Source: Octopus vulgaris (taxonomy: Eukaryota). Taken from it: a DNA stretch of 64,000 nucleotides. Under the pieces are notes generated by a model. It was not told the DNA's origin. It saw only the letters and a program-made list of their open reading frames with translations, and did no database searches. The position numbers and the translations under genes were made by a program. The stretch covers positions 45,074,001 through 45,138,000 of the forward strand of contig OX597831.1 in NCBI GenBank assembly GCA_951406725.2, written 5' to 3'. Numbering within the stretch: position 1 is the stretch's first letter; each line of letters opens with the position of its first letter. Shown here in pieces: positions 54,966-64,000 of the stretch.

Positions 54966-55528
54966 ACACACACATATTTAATGCCTACCTGCAATTCTAT
55001 GGAATTGCATGAGTCAGACAGAATATATTGGGACTGATTTTCTACAACTGGATCCCCCTTTTTGTCACCAACGCTTACCTGCTGCCAAGAAAGGTAATAT
55101 TTTCCCTAATACAAAAATACGTTTTTTGCTGAAGACAGGAAATGATTGACAGGCATGTTTTAAGTTACGAAACAATTGTTGTGATATAATAATTTCCAAT
55201 GGTTAAATAAATTTTACTATACTATGTTTCTCTTGTTATATATATCATCATCATCATCGTTTAGCGTCCGTTTTCCATGCTAGCATGGGTTGGACGGTTC
55301 TACTGGGGTCTGTGAAGCCAGAAGGCTTCATCAGGCCCAGTCAAATCTGGCAGTGTTTCTACGGCTGGATGCCCTTCCTATATACACCACCTGTCTTCCT
55401 CTTTTGTTTTTTTCGTGAATTCTCCCTATATAAGTTATAAAGGTGGCTAGAAATCAGAGTCTTAGCCACATGCAAGCACTTATCTGATGACTGATGAGGG
55501 AGACATACTCCCTACGGCAAGTGAGATA

Positions 55529-55578
55529 GAGTCATATCATCAATGATTTCAGGTTTGATTAATCTTCATCAGTGACCC
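55529..55578 (-). ncRNA. Type I hammerhead ribozyme motif
   Basis: Minus: GGGTCA CTGATGA AGATT(AATCA)AACCT GAAA TCATTGATGA TA TGACTC; core intact, stem I 6 bp, one stem II mismatch. Confidence 0.7.
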
Positions 55579-55733
55579 ATTACCCCATCACCAAGGGTTA
55601 AAAACTTAACTGACCTTGTCAGTCTTACAAAGAATACTATAGGAAACATTGGCTAATTCCGAAAATGGTGAAATGGGAATTATAAATTATAAAGGTGGCT
55701 GTTCACAATTTACTAGCGAAAATGCAGTTAGAT

Positions 55734-56158
55734 AGGCGCAGGAGTGGCTGTGTGGTAAGTAGCTTACTAACCAACCACATGGTTCCGGGTTCAGTCCCAC
55801 TGCGTGGCATCTTGGGCAAGTGTCTTCTGCTATAGCCCCAGGCCGACCAATGCCTTGTGAGTGGATTTGGTAGACGGAAACTGAAAGAAGCCTGTCGTAT
55901 ATATGTATATATATGTATGTGTGTGTGTGTATGTGTTTGTGTGTCTGTGTTTGTCCCCCTAGCATTGCTTGACAACCGATGCTGGTGTGTTTACGTCCCC
56001 GTCACTTAGCAGTTCTGCAAAAAGAGACCGATAGAATAAGTACTGGGCTTACAAAGAATAAGTCCCGGGGTCGATTTGCTCGACTAAAGGCGGTGCTCCA
56101 GCATGGCCGCAGTCAAATGACTGAAACAAGTAAAAGAGAAAAGAGAAAGAGAAAGAGA
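55734..56158 (+). mobile_element. Full-length tRNA-derived SINE
   Basis: Near-identical to 47780-48192. Confidence 0.9.
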
Positions 56159-56169
56159 TATAAGTCCAG

Positions 56170-56240
56170 TCATAGAGTGACCAATGGTTTCACATCCATG
56201 AAGTGCTTAGCTTTATAGACGACTCATCAGATTATAATGA
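56170..56240 (-). ncRNA. Degenerate hammerhead motif with an adjacent inverted partial copy
   Basis: Minus: CTGATGA .. GAAA CCATTGG TC ACTCTATG; inverted copy CATTAGAGT CTGACGA GTC at 56247-56283. Confidence 0.5.
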
Positions 56241-57619
56241 TAGAGGACATTAGAGTCTGACGAGTCATCTACAAAGCTAAGTAAGCCCTTTATATTCAAC
56301 TGTATGTAAATACACTACTGCTCAATCCTTTGAGTGTGCTTTTTCAGATATATGACCCACTGACGATATATATATATATATTGTTTATATATATATATAT
56401 ATCATCATCATCATCGTTTAGCGTCCGTTTTCCATGCTAGCATGGGTTGGACGGTTCAACTGGGGTCTGTGAAGCCGGAAGGCTTCATCAGGCCCAGTCA
56501 GATCTGGCTGGATGCCCTTCCTAACGCCAACCACTCCGTGAGTGTAGTGGGTGCTTTTTACGTGCCACCCGCACAGGTGCCAGACAGAGCTGGCAAACGG
56601 CCACGAACGGATGGTGCTTTTTATGTGCCACCGGCACGGGAGCCAGGCGAGGCTGGCAATGGACACAAACGGATGGTGCTTTTTACGTGCCACCGGCACG
56701 AGGCCAGTCGGGGCGGCGCTGGCAACGGTCACGAACGGATGGTTCTCTTACATGCCACCGGCACTGATATATATTATACATATTATATATTATATATATA
56801 AGGTGCAAAAATGAGATGACTGTCCGGATTAATAAATATTCTTTGCAATCACATGGTGTCAGGTTCATTCCCATAAAATGGCACCTTAGGCAAGTATTTT
56901 CTACAAAGCCTCAAGTTGTCTAATACTTTGTCAATGAGGATATTTCCTATCTGAATTATCAAAGATAAACAAATCTGCAAGATTAGCTACCTCACCCTGA
57001 AGACATAAAACAGTGGGTCACTCTCCCTTTTTTATCCATTAGGAATTGTCTTAGAATAACAAATATTTTGTGGCATTCATCGATATTCTAATGATAAATA
57101 TTCTAATTGATAAATGTAGTGAATTGTTTCGCAACATTTTGAAGAGGATGAATTTTGATATTAATCTGTAGAAACCCCTATATTGGCTTGCATAAATCTG
57201 CAGGTTGTTATTTTTCAATGCCATGGAAGCACTTGATGAGAGTGGCACTGTAGTTCCATGAACCTAATCCTATCCCACTTCAAATTTTGAGGTCATTGAT
57301 GTTGAAGATGCTCTTACTAACATTTCCCACTGCACTTTTTGAATGAGCTGGTTAACCAACATTTAGAGGCTGGAGAGGAAGTTGACTTTGTGGTCCTTAA
57401 GACTTTTGAAAGAGCCCTTCATTGTGAAGTGGAAGAGCACTGTCTTTTATTTTAAGTAGAATGGCTAACTACTTCATTGTTATGTGTGTATGGTATTGTA
57501 CCTTGGAGGTATTTTATCTGTAGTGTACAGGAACATGATAAAAATAAATGAGCACATCTTTATATTGATCACCACCTACTGGTACTAAATATATATATAT
57601 ATATTTATATATATATATA

Positions 57620-58107
<488 letters not shown>

Positions 58108-59024
58108 TCACACACAAGAGTGTGCTGGAAAGTTCCAGGTTTTGGGTAAAAGAAAACATAGGAGGATCAGTTAATTATGATTTTATTCAATGTATTCCCC
58201 TCTCAGATTCACAAACTTGTTGCAGTAGTCCTTCAGCTTTTCTAAGCCCTATAAAAGAACTCGGAAGATTGGGCCCCCAATGAGGCCTTTTGTGATACCC
58301 TTTAAAACAGGAACTTTTCAGCACCTCCTCGTATGTGTGTGTGTGTGTATGCATGCATCATCATCATTGTCAGTTAATGTCCACTTTTCCATGCTTGCAT
58401 GGGATAGATTTAATTTATTGAGGCAAATATTTTTGCAGCTGGATACCCTTCCTGTTGCTAACCCTCACCTGTTTCCAAATAAGCCCACCCCACGGGATTG
58501 GTCACAGTCAGGACTGCCCTTGGGTATGAGCTAACCAATCTGGTAGTACACGGCGACGCGAATCGATGGCTGCTCGATGGGAGACAGGAACCTGCCCGAT
58601 TCTAGTGGTGGATATGGAGGTACCCAAGACTTGGCTGACTAGAGGGCTACTTGCAGGGCTCCCAGTGCAGGCGAGGTTAGCCATCACCTACTAGTAAGCA
58701 TCCCCCCTTAACACGTGTGCTAGGATGTGCAATCGCCGCTACAACCTAGTGTCAGGGAGAAGACTCACAAGAGGGGTCGGTCAGAGCTCTCTAACACAAG
58801 CTGCTCCCATGTGCAACCATCCACCTTGGGCGAGATGAGGGTCAATGTCCATGGGTGGACATATTTTCGTGGAAGATTGGAGGAAAGCCACCTCACTTGT
58901 ATGATGATGAGTGTTGTTTACAACCGTCGCATGATACTAAGATGAGGGTAATCACAAACACACAACACACATTCGAAACCTATATTGGGCTTCTTTCAGT
59001 TTCTGCTTACTGATTCCACTTACT

Positions 59025-59410
59025 GGATGGAAGCACTCCATCGGTTACGACGACAAGGGTTCCGGTTGATCTGATCAACGGAACAGCCTGCTTGTGAAAT
59101 TAACGTGTAAGTGGCTGAGCACTCCACAGACACGTGTACCCTTAACGTAGTTCTCGGGGATATTCAGCGTGACACAGAGAGTGACAAGGCCGGCCCTTTG
59201 AAATACAGGTACAACAGAAACAGGAAGTAAGAGTGAGAGAAAGTTGTGTTGAAAGAGTACAGCAGGGATCACCACCATCCCTGTCGGAGCCTCGTGGAGC
59301 TTTAGGTGTTTTCGCTTGATAAACACTCACAGCGCCCGGTCTGGGAATTGAAACCGCGATCCTACGACCGCGAGTCCGCTGCCCTAATCACTGGGCCATT
59401 GCGCCTCCAC
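59025..59410 (-). mobile_element. tRNA-derived SINE nested in another SINE
   Basis: TSD ATTCCACTTACT on both sides; same family as 8882-9260. Confidence 0.9.
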
Positions 59411-59565
59411 AATTCCACTTACTAGGCTTTGGTCAACCAGAGGCTACAGTAGAAATTTGGAACTGAACCTGAGACCACATGGCTGGAAAGCAAGCTTAGC
59501 TCCTCCACCACACAGCTACTCCCTATGTATGAATACATACATACATACATACATACATGTGTGTG

Positions 59566-59611
<46 letters not shown>

Positions 59612-59732
59612 CATATATATATATATATATACATGCACACACACAGAGGAGAGACAGAGATACATAGGTAGACAGATAGATTGATAGATAGATAGATATA
59701 CATACATACATGTGTGTATGTATGTATGTGTG

Positions 59733-59785
<53 letters not shown>

Positions 59786-60128
59786 GTGGGTAGTAAGAGA
59801 TTAATGAGATGATCAATAAATTCAATGAAATCAGATATAGGTAGATTCAGTAAAATTATTGTTTATTGTATCATTAACAATAACTACCACGGAAGTTATC
59901 AGTTAACTTCATTAACATCCCAAACAAAGGTGTAGGTTTCTACAATTTGACATTGATTATTACCCTGCAAAATTTATAGCCAAAACCATCACTGGTTAAG
60001 AATACAGATTTTGCTAAATCTATCACGAGCAGTCGTAAATTATGATTATTTTATGCAAGCCAAATAAACTGTAATAAACTTCTGTCAATCACAATAGATA
60101 ACTGAGTGATTAGTAACATGGTGATACT

Positions 60129-60466
60129 GGGAGACCCCCTTTCGTCATGAATGATCATGGGATTGCACCTAGAAAGTTACCCTCCGAGGTACAAGTCTGA
60201 GCAAGGTCGTTTATGGAAGGCCAGCAGTGACCCATGCATACCAGCCTCCCCTATCCACACCACTGATGTTATCCAAGGGAAAGAGAAAAGCCGATACAGC
60301 TTGGCACCAGTGATGTCGCAACTCATTTCAACAGCTGAGTTAACTGAAGCAAAGTGAAATAAAGTGTCTTGCTCAAGAACACAACATGCAGCCCAGTCTG
60401 GGAATCGAACTCACAACCTCACAATTGTAAGCTCGATGCTCTAACCACTGAGCCATGTGCCTTCAC
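60129..60466 (-). mobile_element. tRNA-derived SINE with a distinct tail
   Basis: 13-bp TSD ACATGGTGATACT (60116-60128, 60467-60479); A and B boxes on minus strand. Confidence 0.9.
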
Positions 60467-60555
60467 ACATGGTGATACTATTAATTGTAATTTAATTAAC
60501 TGTATCACTATTACGATTACTAGTATCACAATTGATACTATTAATTGTAATTTAA

Positions 60556-60776
60556 GGTGGCGAGCTGGCAGAAACGTTAGCATGCCATGCGAAATGCTTA
60601 ACGGTATTTCATATGCGGTTACATTCTGAGTTCAAATTCCGCTGAGGTCGACTTTGCTTTTCATCCTTTCGGGGTCGATAAATTAAGTACCAGTTATGCA
60701 CTGGGGTCGATGTAATCAACTTAATGTCCTTGTTTGTCCCCTCTATATTTAGCCCTTGTAGGCAATAAAGAAATAA
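60556..60776 (+). mobile_element. Single-unit GAGCTGGCAGAA-family SINE
   Basis: Complete head and body; ACTATTAATTGTAATT repeated on both flanks. Confidence 0.9.
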
Positions 60777-61224
60777 CTATTAATTGTAATTCCTATATGG
60801 CAAATTAGAATTGGGGATACCAGGAATGACATGAAATCATGCGCTAAAGTGAAGGGCTGTCACTACATGCGCTTTCTTATTTAACCCTTCGGCATTCAGA
60901 TTACTCTGTCAAATGAAATGCTTATTTATCCATATCGTCTTGAATTAATCATGCATTATTTTGTGGCTTCAAAATTTCAATGATGTGATTGCTTATTTTT
61001 ACTATGACATTGTAGAGCAAGTGGGAGATGTTGGGGGGACAAACACAGACACACAAACATATACACACACATACACATATATACAATGGGCTTCTTTCAG
61101 TTTCCGTCTACCAAATCTACTCACAAGGCTTTGATTGGCCCGAGGCTATAGTAGAAGACACTTGCCCAAGGTGCCCCGCAGTGGGACTGAACCCGGGACC
61201 ATATGGTTGGTAAGCAAGCTACTT

Positions 61225-62945
61225 TATTTCATAAAAATTTGCCATAAAGGCATTACAAAGAGTAGCTTGCGGGCTAGACATAGACATTAATGAAGCGGAT
61301 GATTATGATGAAAAATGATAAAGATGGGAGAAGGCAGAAGGCGCCCGCCGACCCTCTGCTTCTCTAAAATATTGTTTTTTTAAAATACATACACCGAGGT
61401 AATGACCCTCTCACAATTCAAAAAATACAATTTCTTTGGATCAAAAAGTACGTACAACTAAAATTACAGTCTATACACAAATCAGAGGCAACAAACCTCT
61501 ACACTTCCTCCCCCAGCAAATCTCGTGCAACTTGCAGGCACTGTTGCAACTGAAATCTGGGGCTCCAATGGAGAATTCTGAAACACTCGCCTCCACACAA
61601 GTCAATTATCATATTGCACTGCTTTCTTTCTAGCACCAGAGCAGTCACCTGCGAAGGCCATTCTGGGCTGTCAATGCAATTCGGTTCCCTCAGGATCCGA
61701 CTGTCCATTTCATTCTTGACAAAACTGTTGATAGCCCCTCCCTTGAGATAGCAGAACATACATTCCTCACCCTGGGAGGAGCCTCAACTCCCTCACTTGG
61801 TGGCACACATCCCATCGGCGAGGTCATATTTTCCCACCCTCCGGTGGCACACCTCCCACCGAATAGGTTTCAGGACATGCCGTCCCCGGCAGTGCCCCGT
61901 TTTTCTTTTTCTTTTTTCCTTTTATGACGGGAAGGTGGAGTTCCTCTAACATTTCCGGAGAACCCTCCCTCGCCCCCACTGTCTCAGGATCCATGGGCGG
62001 GCAACCATTGTTGTCCCCCTTCTTTCTCTTCCTCCCCTTTTTTTTGAGGAGGTTACCTCCTCTTCAACTTTTTCCTCCACTGGGGGGGAACAGGGGACAC
62101 CTCTTTAATTAACTCTTCCAGGACCTTTGCCTGGTCCCGGCAACAGTTTTTCTTGATGTTACCTGATTCCAGGCAAAGGTGACACTTGGGGGGGAGGGCG
62201 TCCCTCAACTATCACTGGGTACCTGGAACCGGCCATTGCTAAAAAATCTGGTAAAACCAAATCTTTGGCTGATTGGGTTCAAAGGGTCAAAATTGCTTTC
62301 GACCCCACCCAATCAGCCACAGGAAGCATTCTGACATTCAAGAGCCTGGCTCCGCTGCCACCCAGACCCCGGCGGATAGTTTCCTCTATCCACTCGGGCT
62401 CAATTCTGGGTGGTAGCCCACTCACCCAAACTCTTGTTAATTTTCACTCACCGTATCTGGGGAGAAACAAAATCTTCTCCCCTTCCATCGGTTGGCACGC
62501 AAACTTTTGTGCCTCCGTAGGGGTGTCAAAGAGAACACACACAGTTCCATACTTTGCTCCCCTAAGAATAAATCGAAAAGTTGGTAGGTACTCTGCCAAC
62601 CCTTCCTCAATATCAGACTGAGAGAACTCAGCGATGGTTTCAAGGACCCTAGAGTAGGTCCTTAACACCACCGTTCTCTCAGTATAATTTTTAAGCCAAT
62701 CTTTGGGGGCCACAATTCGCCACTCCAAAGCGGTATTCTTTGTTGCCATTTTTTTCCAAAAATAAAATAAAAATAAAATGTTCCAAAAACAAAATGTTCA
62801 GATGAAAGTCAATAATAAAACACAAAGAAAGAACGGAAAGACAGACGTGAGAAAAACGGAATGAAGAAAGACAGTTCAACTGGCAACAAAATTCTGCTAC
62901 TCAGATAATCCACAATTCGAAGTTCTCCGTCGCAGCATAAAAATT
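61225..62945 (-). mobile_element. Tx1/L1-like retroelement carrying only a degraded ORF1
   Basis: ORF from 62749 (MATKN..GAKYGTVCVLFDTPTEAQKF..TRVWVSGLPP), downstream knuckle CHLCLESGNIKKNC; 9-bp TSD AAGCTACTT (61216-61224, 62946-62954); flanks rejoin into a SINE head. Confidence 0.75.
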
Positions 62946-63202
62946 AAGCTACTTACCACACAGCCACTCCTAGATTTGTTAATAAAAATACTGTTAAACT
63001 ATGTTATCCACCCACACCTAATCTAGCCAAAAGTATTACTTCCTCTTGTATGGCTAAGTTCAGTCAAAGTTGACCTAGTAATACTTAGTTATTTCAATTG
63101 TATTTATTCTACTATTTGCTCTTTTAACCTGAATTGCTTAACTAAGAACATAGGCAATGAATACTTTGTAAAACAACTACATCTAATAAAGCATATATAT
63201 AG

Positions 63203-63239
<37 letters not shown>

Positions 63240-63487
63240 GTATAATCTCAACTGCAAATAATTTTAAAATAAGACATCATGTACATACCCACCCCTTCTG
63301 AAATAGAAAAAAAAATCAATCTCACTATCTAGCCATTGAAGAAACTCAATGACAGTTATGTCTCCTATGGACTAAAATGGTGCATTGTGACTGATTTAAT
63401 CTTCTGACCAGTAACGCAACACCATATGACTTTTGTACAGTCAAGGCACTGGAAATATTTTTTGCCAAAATCCCTAACTTAACAATA

Positions 63488-63858
63488 ACTAGCAGTATCG
63501 CGCGGCGTTGCTCGGGTTTGTTTCGACCCTTTAGAATTGGAATTTTTGAAAAGTAAAAATTTTGTATTATGTAGCTTGTTATTCTCTTTAAGTGAACATT
63601 TTTCTGGTTGAAATACACCGAAAAATGGTGACACAGCAGTCAAAAGATCGTAAAAAATAGGGATTTTCATAGAAAAAAAGCACCTTTTTGATGTTAATAA
63701 TTTTTGGTGTTTACATGGTCCGATTTGAATTTTTTCTTCTACGGAAGGAAGAGCAAGCCTAGTCAACTTGTGCTGCAGGGTCTCGGAGGAGATAGTGTTA
63801 GTTGAAGGCTACCAAACCTGCCATACACAGACAACTTCAGCTTTCTATATATAGAGAT
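63488..63858 (+). mobile_element. Helitron/Helentron-like element (related subfamily)
   Basis: ACTAGCAGTATCGCGCGGCGTTGCTCGGG start; TTTCTATATATAGAGAT end. Confidence 0.7.
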
Positions 63859-64000
63859 TTGGAAAGGATTATATTGCTCTATCATCCAACATAAGTCGGT
63901 TGATAGTCTTTAACCTGATGATTAAGCATCTTTTCTAAAGACATTGGTGGATCATACATTCACCAGCTAACGTTAAATAATGTGATTCAAATGTTTTTAT

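Noticed and set aside
55484-55515. Plus-strand CTGATGA GGGAG..CTCCC
   Set aside because: Stem II is followed by TACGG rather than GAAA; incomplete.

Overview
AT-rich, extremely repeat-dense eukaryotic DNA. The tRNA-derived SINE families, the (TA)n/(CA)n/(TACA)n/(AGAT)n microsatellite load and the Penelope-type fragments point to an Octopus-like cephalopod genome (inference). Almost all ORF-track entries are microsatellite or SINE artefacts. The only convincing host coding sequence is a 37-nt first exon of a Rab-family GTPase (MATEEQYDFIWK, 53254-53290, +); its later exons are not visible here. There is also a weak minus-strand exon chain (33.3k/30.1k/23.7k). Transposon protein remnants: Merlin-like N-terminus, mariner HTH, R4-like REL endonuclease, CR1 C-terminus, Tx1/L1-like ORF1. 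Main non-coding signals: (i) about ten hammerhead-ribozyme-like motifs with palindromic stem III, in Penelope-like fragments mostly sitting next to (TA)n tracts, including a ~2.1 kb fold-back with one ribozyme on each arm; (ii) a patchwork copy (21776-22253) of five non-contiguous pieces of the ~12.0-14.3 kb region, bounded by Helitron-like ends; (iii) nested GG..CC/8-bp-TSD MITEs, some carrying TTAGGG; (iv) several long near-perfect hairpins; (v) an ORF1-only retroelement inserted into a tRNA-SINE head. All calls were made by eye, with no database search or folding computation.
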